DNA from: an uncultured delta proteobacterium
GTDB taxonomy: Bacteria; Myxococcota_A; Polyangia; Palsa-1104
Direction: 5' to 3'
Length of the DNA stretch: 64,000 nucleotides
Assembly (NCBI GenBank): GCA_963785725.1
Contig: CAWAWS010000024.1
Span: forward strand, 6,937 to 70,936
Shown here: positions 54,753-63,813 of the stretch, piece after piece
How positions within the stretch are numbered: the stretch's first letter is position 1
Layout: each line of letters begins with the position of its first letter
Translations under genes and position numbers: made by a program
Notes under the pieces: model-generated
Databases searched by the model: none
What the model was told of the DNA's origin: nothing
What the model saw: only the letters and a program-made list of their open reading frames with translations

Positions 54753-55763
54753 ATGTCTCCGCAAGGCGCAGCGCGCCTCGGCGCCAGCGCCGGTTCTATT
54801 GCCCTATCGATCGCCAAGAAGGTCGGCCCATACCTCATCGCCGCGATCGCTCTTTATTGGGTCTACAAGCGCACCGATCCGACGAAGCTCGCCAAGGCGA
54901 TCGAAGCGGCGCCGTTGGTCTCGTTCGTCGCGGTGTCGGCGCTGATGCTCGTCGTCAACTGCGCGGCCGACACCTTCGCGATGTCGGCGGTGTTCGCGCG
55001 CTTCGGCTGTCACGTTCGGTACAAAGATCTGTACCTCGTGCGCGCGTCGACGTACCTGCTCGCCATCGTCAATTATCACGTCGGGCAAGCGGCGATCGTC
55101 GGTTACCTCTATCGCGTCAAGCGCGTGCCGCTGCTGCGAGCCAGCGGCTGGATCCTCTTCATCATCGGCATCAACGTCGGCACGCTGCTCCTCCTGGCGT
55201 CGGCGGGCGCGACCCGCGAGACGGGACAAGAGAACCTACGCATCCTGCGCCTCGTTCCGCTCGCCACCGGCATCGGCGTCGTCTTCTACGCGGGGCTGTT
55301 GACGTTGAAGCCGCGCGTCTTGGCCGATCGCGCGCTCTTGAAGCCGCTGTTCGACATGGGAATTCCCGGCCACGTCATGGGCGTGCTCGTGCGTCTGCCG
55401 CATATCGGCGTGCTCCTCTTGTGGCACTTCATCTCGCTGCGCATGTTCGACGTGCATGTTCCGGTGGGCGCGGCGCTGCTCTACTTGCCCGTCTACTTCG
55501 CCGCGCAGTCGCTGCCGTTCAACGTCAACGGCATCGGCATCGCGCAGCCGGTGGCGCTGGCGTTCTTCACGCCGTTTACGGGGACGCCGGGCCATCCCAA
55601 CCCGGAAGCGGTCATCGCCTATAGCCTCGGCACGTCGCTGATCTCGCTCATGTTGCAGATCCTGTTGGGCACGATCTGTCTGCGCTGGGCGACGGCGATC
55701 GGCATCAAGCCGCAGCCGATCGAGCCGGTCATGGACGTCGAGCAGACGGCGGAAGCCAGCTGA
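54753..55763 (+). CDS. flippase-like / lysyl-PG-synthase TM-region family membrane protein
   Basis: 8 TM helices with the pattern of the UPF0104/LPG_synthase_TM family (LVRASTYLLAIVNYHVGQAAIVGYL). Confidence 0.65.
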   Translation: MSPQGAARLGASAGSIALSIAKKVGPYLIAAIALYWVYKRTDPTKLAKAIEAAPLVSFVAVSALMLVVNCAADTFAMSAVFARFGCHVRYKDLYLVRASTYLLAIVNYHVGQAAIVGYLYRVKRVPLLRASGWILFIIGINVGTLLLLASAGATRETGQENLRILRLVPLATGIGVVFYAGLLTLKPRVLADRALLKPLFDMGIPGHVMGVLVRLPHIGVLLLWHFISLRMFDVHVPVGAALLYLPVYFAAQSLPFNVNGIGIAQPVALAFFTPFTGTPGHPNPEAVIAYSLGTSLISLMLQILLGTICLRWATAIGIKPQPIEPVMDVEQTAEAS

Positions 55764-56176
55764 TGGCAGTCGCCTACGGCCCGCGCCGCTTCAACGCGCT
55801 CACCGCGTTCATGCTCTTGTGCGCTCTGGCCGCGGCCTATTGGGTTTGGCGCTTTTTCCCCGCCTATTTCGATGCCTGGACGGTCGATCACGCGCTGCAC
55901 GAGGCGGCCTCGACGAGCTACAAAGTGGCGCGCTTGCCGGAGCCGACGCGGTCGCAGCAGCTCAAGCTCATCGTCGAGCTGGCGCGCGAGAACATCGTCA
56001 AGAAGGCCAACGTCACCGATCCCGATTTGTACGTGGGCATGAACCTCGACGGCGATATCGTGACGGTGAGCGCGGAGTACAGCGTCGTCGTCGAGCATCC
56101 GTACATCAATAAGCGGACGACGCTGCATTTTCATCGCGCCGAGTCGACGAACATAAAACGCGTGGACTGGGAATGA
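55763..56176 (+). CDS. membrane-anchored hypothetical protein
   Basis: TGATG-type overlap with the upstream stop. TM LTAFMLLCALAAAYWVW. Confidence 0.5.
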   Translation: MAVAYGPRRFNALTAFMLLCALAAAYWVWRFFPAYFDAWTVDHALHEAASTSYKVARLPEPTRSQQLKLIVELARENIVKKANVTDPDLYVGMNLDGDIVTVSAEYSVVVEHPYINKRTTLHFHRAESTNIKRVDWE

Positions 56177-57087
56177 GCCCCGACGACGCGACCCACAGCG
56201 GCAAGCCGAGGTCGCGTCCGGGCAGCTCGTCGTGGCGCGCCTGCGCCTTCGTGTGCGGCTTGACCGTCGCCAACACGGCCGGCGCGGCGCCGCTGCAGGT
56301 CGTCGTCGTCAAGCGCGCCGGCGTCATGGCCTACGAAGAGGTCGCCGAGGAGTTCGGCGATCGTTGCCGCGTCCACGTGCGGGTGGTCAGCTTCGGCGAC
56401 GAAGGGCTGCACGGCGCGCGCTTCGGCGCCGACGAGCTCGTCGTCACCGTCGGGCAAGAGGCGCTCGACGCCGTGCGCGGCCAAAGAGCGCGCATCATTC
56501 CCACGTTGGCGTTCAATGCGTCGCCCGATCTCGTGGGACCGCCGGCGTCGCCGCATCCCGAATTGACCTTGAAGCTGCTGGCGCTGGCCAAGCCGGGTCG
56601 CATCCACGTCATCGGCGTCGTGTTCGGCAATCGCTCGGCGGCGCTGATCGCGACGGCGGAGCACGCGGCCGCTCGGCTCGGTCTTCAGCTCATCGCCAAG
56701 CGCGTCGCCGACGGGCCGGAGGCCGTGCGCGCGCTGCACGAGCTGTCGGCGCGCGTCGACGCCCTGTGGCTGCCCGGCGACTCCGATGTCGTGACGCCGC
56801 AGGTGTTCCAGTACGCGCTCAAGCTGCAGCTCGAACGCGGCCTGCCGCTCATCGCGGCCACGCGCCAGCAGGTGCACTCGGGCGCGCTCATGGCCGCCGA
56901 CTTCAGCGCGCGCGCGTCCGGCCGCATCGCCGCCGACCTGGCCAATCGCTACTTGGACGGCCTGTCGGTCGATCCGGCGCAGCTCGACCTGTATTCGGGC
57001 GCGCGGCTGACCGTCAACGCCACCGTCGCGCAGCGGCTCGGCGCCGACCTGCCGGCGCTGTCACGCATGGGCGCGCGGCTCGAATGA
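56173..57087 (+). CDS. periplasmic ABC-type substrate-binding-fold protein (ABC_sub_bind-like)
   Basis: ATGA overlap with the upstream gene. Signal-like CAFVCGLTVANTAGA. Two-lobe pattern (IIPTLAFNAS...IHVIGVVFGN...VDALWLPGDS...PLIAA). Confidence 0.6.
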   Translation: MSPDDATHSGKPRSRPGSSSWRACAFVCGLTVANTAGAAPLQVVVVKRAGVMAYEEVAEEFGDRCRVHVRVVSFGDEGLHGARFGADELVVTVGQEALDAVRGQRARIIPTLAFNASPDLVGPPASPHPELTLKLLALAKPGRIHVIGVVFGNRSAALIATAEHAAARLGLQLIAKRVADGPEAVRALHELSARVDALWLPGDSDVVTPQVFQYALKLQLERGLPLIAATRQQVHSGALMAADFSARASGRIAADLANRYLDGLSVDPAQLDLYSGARLTVNATVAQRLGADLPALSRMGARLE

Positions 57088-57088
57088 G

Positions 57089-57206
57089 CGAGCGGCAGCG
57101 AGCGACTGTGAGCGTCCGGCCCGTCGGGCCAGCGGGTCGACCGACCCGTCACGGCGTAGCCGTGACCGAGCGGCAGCGAGCGACCGTCAGCGTCCGGCCC
57201 GTTGGG
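57089..57206. repeat. two 40-nt direct repeats (37/40 identical) bracketing two perfect hairpins
   Basis: CGAGCGGCAGCGAGCGAC(T/C)GT(G/C)AGCGTCCGGCCCGT(C/T)GGG at 57089-57128 and 57167-57206. Hairpins GGGTCG-ac-CGACCC (57134-57147) and TCACGGC-gta-GCCGTGA (57149-57165). Confidence 0.85.
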
Positions 57207-57235
57207 TCTCGTCGTCGAGCTCCGAAGGAGTCTCG

Positions 57236-59341
57236 ATGACGCTCGAAGCCAAGCCGAAGCCGCGCCGCCGCTTTCGTACCCGCGTCTTCTTGTCGCTGCT
57301 CGGCCTGTCGCTGGTGACGTCGGTCGTCTCCGGCTGGGTCTTCTACAGCTTGCAGCTCAAGTTCATCGAGCAGGATCGCGCCCGCCGCGCCAACACGCTC
57401 CTGACGAGCCTGGCGACGCAAGCGGAGCTCGGCGCCTACGCGCGCGACGCCAGCCTGTGCGATCTGCCGGCGCGGCGTACGTTTCGCGAGGACGACGTCG
57501 TCTTGGCCGGCGTCTACGATCCGGGCGGGCGCGAAATCTTGCGGCTCTCGGCGCCGGCGCTGGGCACGCCGCCGCCGCCGCCGCTGGCGATGCTGCAGCA
57601 GCTCTTGCGCGATCCCGATTCGCCGCCGCTGCGCATCGCCGCCGAAGGCTGGGACGACATGTGGACGCCCATCGTCACGACCGCGCGACCGGCGGCGGCG
57701 GCGCTGTCGTCCGAGCCGGGCGGCCTGGCCACGGCGCGCGAAGTCGTCGGCTTGGCGCGCGTCGGCCTGTCGCTGACTCCGGCGCGCGAGCAGCTGCAAG
57801 AGGTCTTGCGCACCGGCGAATATCTGGCGGCGGCGCTGGCCTGCTTGGGCGCGCTGGCGGCGCTCTTCATCGCGCGGCGCATCTCGGGCCCGATTCTGGC
57901 GCTCGCCGCCGGCGCCGACGCCATCCGCGCCGGCAACTTGGACGTGCGCATCCACGCCGGCACCGACGACGAGATCGGCCTTTTGGCGACGTCGTTCAAC
58001 GCCATGGCCGCCGAATTACGCGAGACCTTGACGAAGCTCGAGTCGCTCAATCGCAACTTGGAAGGCGAAGTGTCGCGGCGCACCGACGAGATTCGCCGCT
58101 CGGCCGAGTTCACCGCCGTCTTGAACGCCGCGCACGAAGGCGAAGAGCTGAAGAAGCTGCTCGATCACGCCTTGGTGACGCTCGTGGCCGCGACCGAAGT
58201 GCGCGCGGCGGCGATCCTCCTGACCAACGAAGAGGCGCTCGAGTTCGAGCTGCAGGTGGCGGCGGCGCGCGGCGACAGCCCGCCGGCGTTCGGCACCGTG
58301 CCGACGCAAGCGGCGCTGACGACCGGCGCGTCGCTCGTCGAGGACAACCGCGCCATCATCCCCATCGTCTTTCGCGGCCAGCCCGAAGGCGCCATCGCTC
58401 TCCTCGATCCGACGCCGCACGCCATCGGCTTCTCCGAGCGCGCCGCCGGTCAATTGGCGATCGCGATCTCGAACGCGCGCGCCTACGCGGCGCTGCAGCA
58501 TCTGGCGCGCGAGCTCACCGAGCGCAACTCGGCGCTGGTCGCGCAACGAGACCAGCTGCAGCAGATGAACCGGCTGAAGTCGGAGTTCTTGGCCAACGTC
58601 TCGCACGAGCTGCGCACGCCGCTGAACGCCATCTTGGGCTACACCGAGCTCATCGCCGAGGGCATTTACGGGCCGACGACGGGCGAACAGGTCGAAGCGC
58701 TCGGCGGCGTCGAAGAATCGTCGCGCAACTTGCTGACGCTCATCAATCAGATCCTCGATCTGTCGAAGGTCGAGTCGGGCAAGATCGAGATCTACGTGAC
58801 CGAAGTGGTCATGCACGACATCGCGCAGCACGTCGCGGCCGAGGCGCAGGTGCTGTTGCGCGACAAGCCGGGGCTGAAGCTGTCGGTCGTGGCGCGCAGC
58901 CGCATCGTCGTCAAGACCGACGCCGCCAAGGTGCAGCAGATCGTCACCAACCTCGTGTCCAACGCCATCAAGTTCACCGACCGCGGCTCGGTCACCATCG
59001 AGATTACGCCGACCAAAGACGGCGGCTGCAACTTGGCGGTGCGCGACACCGGCATCGGCATTCGCAAAGAAGATCAACAGCTCATCTTCGAAGAGTTCCG
59101 CCAGGTCGACGGCTCTTCGACGCGCCGCTACGCCGGCACCGGGCTCGGCTTGGCCATCGCGCGCCGCTTCGCCCTCTTGCTCGGCGGCGCGCTCGTCGTC
59201 GAGAGCTCGGCCGGCTCGGGCTCGACGTTCACCTTGACCTTGCCGCCCGAGCCGCGCGGCCGTCCGCCGGCGCCACCGTCGACGCGCCCATCTGGTACCT
59301 TACGCGCGGTGCCGCCACCGCCGATTGCGAGGACGAAATGA
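57236..59341 (+). CDS. sensor histidine kinase (TM-periplasmic-TM-HAMP-GAF-HisKA-HATPase)
   Basis: GAAGGAG then ATG 57236. HAMP (GPILALAAGADAIRAGNLDVRI...DEIGLLATSFNAMAAEL). H-box FLANVSHELRTPLNAI. NLVSNAIKFT, DTGIGI, GTGLGLAI. Confidence 0.9.
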   Translation: MTLEAKPKPRRRFRTRVFLSLLGLSLVTSVVSGWVFYSLQLKFIEQDRARRANTLLTSLATQAELGAYARDASLCDLPARRTFREDDVVLAGVYDPGGREILRLSAPALGTPPPPPLAMLQQLLRDPDSPPLRIAAEGWDDMWTPIVTTARPAAAALSSEPGGLATAREVVGLARVGLSLTPAREQLQEVLRTGEYLAAALACLGALAALFIARRISGPILALAAGADAIRAGNLDVRIHAGTDDEIGLLATSFNAMAAELRETLTKLESLNRNLEGEVSRRTDEIRRSAEFTAVLNAAHEGEELKKLLDHALVTLVAATEVRAAAILLTNEEALEFELQVAAARGDSPPAFGTVPTQAALTTGASLVEDNRAIIPIVFRGQPEGAIALLDPTPHAIGFSERAAGQLAIAISNARAYAALQHLARELTERNSALVAQRDQLQQMNRLKSEFLANVSHELRTPLNAILGYTELIAEGIYGPTTGEQVEALGGVEESSRNLLTLINQILDLSKVESGKIEIYVTEVVMHDIAQHVAAEAQVLLRDKPGLKLSVVARSRIVVKTDAAKVQQIVTNLVSNAIKFTDRGSVTIEITPTKDGGCNLAVRDTGIGIRKEDQQLIFEEFRQVDGSSTRRYAGTGLGLAIARRFALLLGGALVVESSAGSGSTFTLTLPPEPRGRPPAPPSTRPSGTLRAVPPPPIARTK

Positions 59342-59706
59342 CGAAGCGGGTGCTGTTGGTCGAAGACAATCCGCACAACCGCAAGATCTTCTCCGGCATG
59401 TTGACGCACTCGGGGTTCGAGGTGGTCGAGGCCGAGGATGGTCATCAGGCGATCGCCGAGATGGCCAGACAGCTGCCCGACATCGTGCTCATGGATCTGT
59501 CGATTCCCGGCATCGACGGCTGGGAGGTGACCCGCCGCTTCAAGGCCGACGCGCGCACCAAGGCCGTGCCGATCATCGCGCTGACCGCCCACGCCATGCG
59601 CGGCGACGAGGAGCGCGCGCGGGCCGCCGGCTGTGACCATTACCTGGCCAAGCCGGTGTCGCCCAAGAAAGTCGTGGAAGAGGTGCGCAAGCTCCTACCC
59701 AAATGA
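59338..59706 (+). CDS. single-domain response regulator
   Basis: ATGA overlap with the kinase stop. VLLVEDNP...IVLMDLSIPGIDG...IIALTAHA...YLAKP. Confidence 0.9.
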   Translation: MTKRVLLVEDNPHNRKIFSGMLTHSGFEVVEAEDGHQAIAEMARQLPDIVLMDLSIPGIDGWEVTRRFKADARTKAVPIIALTAHAMRGDEERARAAGCDHYLAKPVSPKKVVEEVRKLLPK

Positions 59707-59763
59707 TGGCCAACTAGCGACAAGTCGTAACGGATCCCGTTATCCACGTTTTCGTGATGGCGC

Positions 59764-59792
59764 TTTACCCCACACATCGGTTTGAGTAAAAT
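59764..59792 (+). promoter_or_regulatory. sigma-70-like promoter giving a leaderless transcript (candidate)
   Basis: TTTACC-17 nt-TAAAAT, then 9 nt to ATG 59802. No SD. Confidence 0.4.
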
Positions 59793-59801
59793 CACACGAG
59801 C

Positions 59802-61418
59802 ATGGCGAAGCTGATCCTCACGTCGGGAGAGCAGCGTCAAGAGTTCGAGCTCGCTGCGCTCAACACCATCGGCCGCCATCCGGACAATTCGATCCAGATC
59901 CTCGACCGCATCATCTCCAAAGAGCACGCGCAGATCCTGAAGAGCGGCGATGGTCGCTTCCTCTTGCGCGATTTGGGGTCGCTCAACGGCACGTACGTGG
60001 CCGGCGCGCGCGTGTCCGAGGTGCTGCTCAAGCACGGCGACGAGCTGGTGCTCGGCTCGACGCACCTCATGTACGTCGAGCAGACCGAGACCGAAGAGTC
60101 GCTCAACCGCGTGACCATCGCGCCCTCGTCGCTGGAATCGATCGTGCGCCACAAAGTGGACGCGACCTCGGCCAACCGCGACTTCTTGCCCGAGAAGCAG
60201 ATCGGCGACATCGAGCAGGTGCGGCGCGATTACGAGAAGCTGCGCATCGCCCACGAGCTCGGTCGCGCCATCGTCGGCGTGCTCGACTTCGAGCAGCTGC
60301 TGCCGCAGCATTCTCGACAAGGCGTTCGACCTCTTGGCGGCCGACCGCGGCGTCATTCTGCTCTACGATCGACGACAGCAAGCTGACGCCGCGTTACGTC
60401 AAGCATCGCACCGGCCGCGACGACGATCAGATCGTCCTCTCGAAGTCGATCATCGCCGAGGTCGAGACGCAGAAGAAGGCCGTGCTCTCGTCGGACGCGA
60501 CGATGGATTCGCGCTTTTCGGGCGCGCACTCGATCATCATGCAGGGCATTCGCTCGACGATGTGCGTGCCGCTCATCCACGGCGACGAGCTGCTCGGCAT
60601 CATGCACATGGACTCGCAGATCGCGACCAACGCCTTCACCGAGAAGGATCTGCAGATCTTCACCGGCATCGCGGCGCAGGCGGCGGTCGCGATTCAGAAC
60701 GCGCGGCTGGCGAAGAAGATCGAGGAAGAGACGAAGACGCGCGCGCAGTTCCAGCGCCTGCTTGTCGCCCAACCTCGTCGAGCAGCTGGTCGAGGGCAAG
60801 CTGCACCTCGAGAAGGGCGGCGAGCTGCGCGAGGTGACGATCCTCATCTCCGACATTCGCGGCTTCACGGCCATGTCGGAGAAGAAGGAGCCGGCCGAGA
60901 TCGTTCAGATGCTGAACGAATACTTCGAGGTGATGGTCGACATCCTGTTCCGCGCGCAAGGCACGCTCGACAAGTACGTCGGCGACGAGATCATGGCGCT
61001 GTTCGGCGCGCCCGTCGACATGCCGGACGCGCCGATTCACGCGGTGCACTGCGCGGTCGACATGCAGAAGGCGCTGCGCGAGTTCAACCGCACGCGCGTC
61101 GCCGAGGGGCTCGAGCCGATCAAGATCGGCATCGGCATCAACACCGGACGCGTCATCACCGGCGCCATCGGCTCGTCGCGCACGCTGCAGTACACGGCCA
61201 TCGGCGACGCGGTCAACACCGCCTCGCGCTTGTGCTCCGTCGCCAAGCCGGGCGAGATCATCCTGTCGGAGGCGACGATGCGGCGCGTGGCCGGCCACGT
61301 CGACCTCGTGACCTTGCCGCCCGTGCGCCTCAAGGGCAAAGAGATGGAGCAGCAGATCTACAACGTCATCGGCATGAAGGGTGACGAATGGCGGGCGGAA
61401 CGCACGCGCCCGATGTAG
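59802..61418 (+). pseudogene. FHA-GAF-class III adenylate/guanylate cyclase gene interrupted by three +1 frame changes
   Basis: The sensible reading runs frame 0 (59802-60308: FHA, ...LDFEQLLPQ), frame 1 (60310-60369: ILDKAFDLLAADRGVILLYD), frame 2 (60371-~60760: DDSKLTPRYVKH...GAF...AQFQRLL), then frame 0 again (60765-61418: SPNLVEQLVEGK...ILISDIRGFT...YVGDEIMALFGAP). There is one extra nt near 60309, 60370 and 60761-60764. Confidence 0.75.
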
Positions 61419-61431
61419 TAGACTGCCGTCC

Positions 61432-62100
61432 GTGTTTGGGCGGCGGCAAACCTTACTCGTTCTAACGATTGCGCTTTTGTCGGCGCCGGCGCGTGCGCAG
61501 CCGGGGCCGGTGCAGCAGTCGGCGCCGCTCGACAACGAGCCGGGCATCGTCGAGGCGCGCTCGGTGACGTGGCCGCTGACGGTCGACATGCACGCGCTCA
61601 TCGGCTTCGAGCCGCACGATCGCGGCACGCCGGTGGCGTTCGGCGCCGGCCTCGAGCTCTTGCATCGCGCGCGCATCGGCGGCTTCATCTCGCTGTTGGC
61701 GTCGGAGGGCGCGCCGATCATCACGCCGACGGTCAATGGCGTGCAGCAGCCGTCGTTCGCCGATCGCATCTCGATCCCCTTCGGCTTCGCGGCGCGTCCG
61801 CTGATGCTGCTCGGCGTCGATCGCGATTCGTGGACGGGTCGACTGTTGTCGGGCATCGACCTGCAGCTCGGCATCACCATCGAGCACCTACGCACGAGCG
61901 ACGACAGCGTGACGACGGCCGGCTTGCACGCCGCCGTCGCCGTCGAGGTGCCGATTTGGGGCGGGCCGAAGCAAGGCGGCGTGGCGCTGCGCCTGGCGGC
62001 GCGCTTCATCGTCACGCCGTCGGCGACGCTGGACGCGGGCACCGTGTTCGAGCCCATCGGCTCGACGCAGCTGTTCGCCGGGCTGAGCTATTTTCCATGA
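61432..62100 (+). CDS. secreted hypothetical protein (possibly beta-rich, outer-membrane-like)
   Basis: GTG 61432. Signal LLVLTIALLSAPARA|QP. Alternating-pattern strands. Ends [13 protein letters not shown] overlap with the next gene. Confidence 0.5.
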   Translation: MFGRRQTLLVLTIALLSAPARAQPGPVQQSAPLDNEPGIVEARSVTWPLTVDMHALIGFEPHDRGTPVAFGAGLELLHRARIGGFISLLASEGAPIITPTVNGVQQPSFADRISIPFGFAARPLMLLGVDRDSWTGRLLSGIDLQLGITIEHLRTSDDSVTTAGLHAAVAVEVPIWGGPKQGGVALRLAARFIVTPSATLDAGTVFEPIGSTQLFAGLSYFP

Positions 62101-63794
62101 CACCTTCTCATTCTTCGGCTTCATCGCCGGCACAGCTGGAAATTTGGAACCATCGCTTGGCGCAGGTGGCCGAGGAGATGGGCGTCGCGCTCGGCCGCGC
62201 GGCGTTTTCGCCCAACATCAAAGAGCGGCGCGATTATTCGTGCGCGGTCTTCGACGCCTTCGGCCGGCTGGTGGCGCAGGCGGCGCATATTCCGGTGCAC
62301 TTGGGCGCCACGGCGCTGTCGCTCGGCGCCGTGCTGCAGACGATGACGCTGGCCGACGGTGACGTCGCCATCGTCAACGATCCGTACGCGGGCGGCACGC
62401 ACCTGCCCGACATCACGCTCGTGCGCGCGGTGTTCGCGGGCGGCGAGCGCATCGGCTACGTCGCCAATCGCGCCCATCACGCCGACGTCGGCGGCGGCGC
62501 GCCCGGGTCGATGCCGATGGGCGTGCGCGCCGTCGGTGACGCGCTGCCGGAAGCGGAAGAGACGCCGGTGGCGATGGGGCCGCAATATGCGCAGGCGCCG
62601 AGCGCGACGTTGCGGACGCGCGCGGTCACGATCGACGAGGAAGGCGTGCGCATCGCGCCGTCGCTGCTCGATGACGCGATCGTGGCGCGGCTGTGCGCGG
62701 CCGCGCGCGCGCCGGATGACCGGCGCGGCGATCTGGCGGCGCAGCAGGCGGCGCTCGAGGTCGGCTGCCGGCGGCTGCAAGCGCTGGCCGCGACCTACGG
62801 CGCCGACACCTTGCGCGCCCGCGGCGACGAGCTCATCGCTTACGGCGAAGCGCTGTTACGGGCCGCCATCAGCGCCATCCCCGACGGCGTCTACGCCTTC
62901 GCCGACTCGCTCGACGACGACGGCGCCGGCACGCACGACGTCGGCGTCCGCGTGCTCATCCACATCCAAGGCGACCGCGCCGTCGTCGACTTCTCGGACT
63001 CCGACGGCGAAGTGCAGGGCCCGCTCAACGCCGTGTATGCCGTCACGTTATCGGCGGTGGTCTACGCGTTTCGCCTGCTCATGCCCCATGACGCGCCCAC
63101 GAATCATGGGCTGTACGCGCCGCTCGACGTCATCGCGCCCGAAGGCTCGATCGTCAACGCCAACCCGCCGCGCGCCGTCGCCGCCGGCAACGTCGAGACG
63201 TCGCAGCGCATCGTCGACGTCGTCTTGGGCGCGTTGGCGCAGGCGCTGCCCGGTCGTCTACCGGCAGCGAGCGCGGGCACGATGAGCAACCTCTTGCTCG
63301 GCGACGACGAGCGCGCCTATTACGAGACCATCGGCGGCGGCGCCGGCGCCAGCGCCAACGGACCCGGCGCCAGCTGCGTGCACACGCACATGACCAACAC
63401 GCGCAACACGCCCGTCGAAGCGCTGGAGCAGGCGCTGCCGGTGCGCGTCGTGCGCTACGAGCGGCGGCGGCATTCCGGCGGCGGCGGGCAGTTCGCCGGC
63501 GGCGACGGCGTCGTGCGCGAGCTCGAGCTGCTCGCCGACATGACGGTCACCCTCGTCGGCGAGCGCCGGCGACGACCGCCGTACGGCCTCATGGGCGGCG
63601 GTCCGGGCGTTCCCGGCGAAGACTGGATCGAGCGCGGTGACGAACGCCGCCGCCTGCCGCCCAAGGTGACGTTCGCGGCGCGTGCCGGCGATCGCTTGAC
63701 CATCGCCACGCCCGGTGGCGGCGGTTACGGCGACACGATGCGCGCGAAGTTTTGGGCGAGCATTCTGTCGGGCGAGGCTTTGAAGCTCGACTAG
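62097..63794 (+). CDS. hydantoinase B / oxoprolinase family protein
   Basis: Internal ATG 62097 of track ORF 61569-63794. [43 protein letters not shown] and GGGGYGD are characteristic HyuB blocks. Confidence 0.85.
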   Translation: MTPSHSSASSPAQLEIWNHRLAQVAEEMGVALGRAAFSPNIKERRDYSCAVFDAFGRLVAQAAHIPVHLGATALSLGAVLQTMTLADGDVAIVNDPYAGGTHLPDITLVRAVFAGGERIGYVANRAHHADVGGGAPGSMPMGVRAVGDALPEAEETPVAMGPQYAQAPSATLRTRAVTIDEEGVRIAPSLLDDAIVARLCAAARAPDDRRGDLAAQQAALEVGCRRLQALAATYGADTLRARGDELIAYGEALLRAAISAIPDGVYAFADSLDDDGAGTHDVGVRVLIHIQGDRAVVDFSDSDGEVQGPLNAVYAVTLSAVVYAFRLLMPHDAPTNHGLYAPLDVIAPEGSIVNANPPRAVAAGNVETSQRIVDVVLGALAQALPGRLPAASAGTMSNLLLGDDERAYYETIGGGAGASANGPGASCVHTHMTNTRNTPVEALEQALPVRVVRYERRRHSGGGGQFAGGDGVVRELELLADMTVTLVGERRRRPPYGLMGGGPGVPGEDWIERGDERRRLPPKVTFAARAGDRLTIATPGGGGYGDTMRAKFWASILSGEALKLD

Positions 63795-63813
63795 CCGACC
63801 TATCTCCGGCTGC

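Noticed and set aside
57202-59337. N-terminal 710 codons of the 834-aa track ORF
   Set aside because: It is off-frame relative to the sensor kinase. Only the last 122 codons (the response regulator from ATG 59338) are real.
59802-61418. Programmed ribosomal frameshifting as the explanation for the three frame changes
   Set aside because: There are no slippery heptamers or downstream pseudoknot-like structures at the junctions, and three consecutive programmed +1 events are implausible. A pseudogene or assembly indels are simpler explanations.
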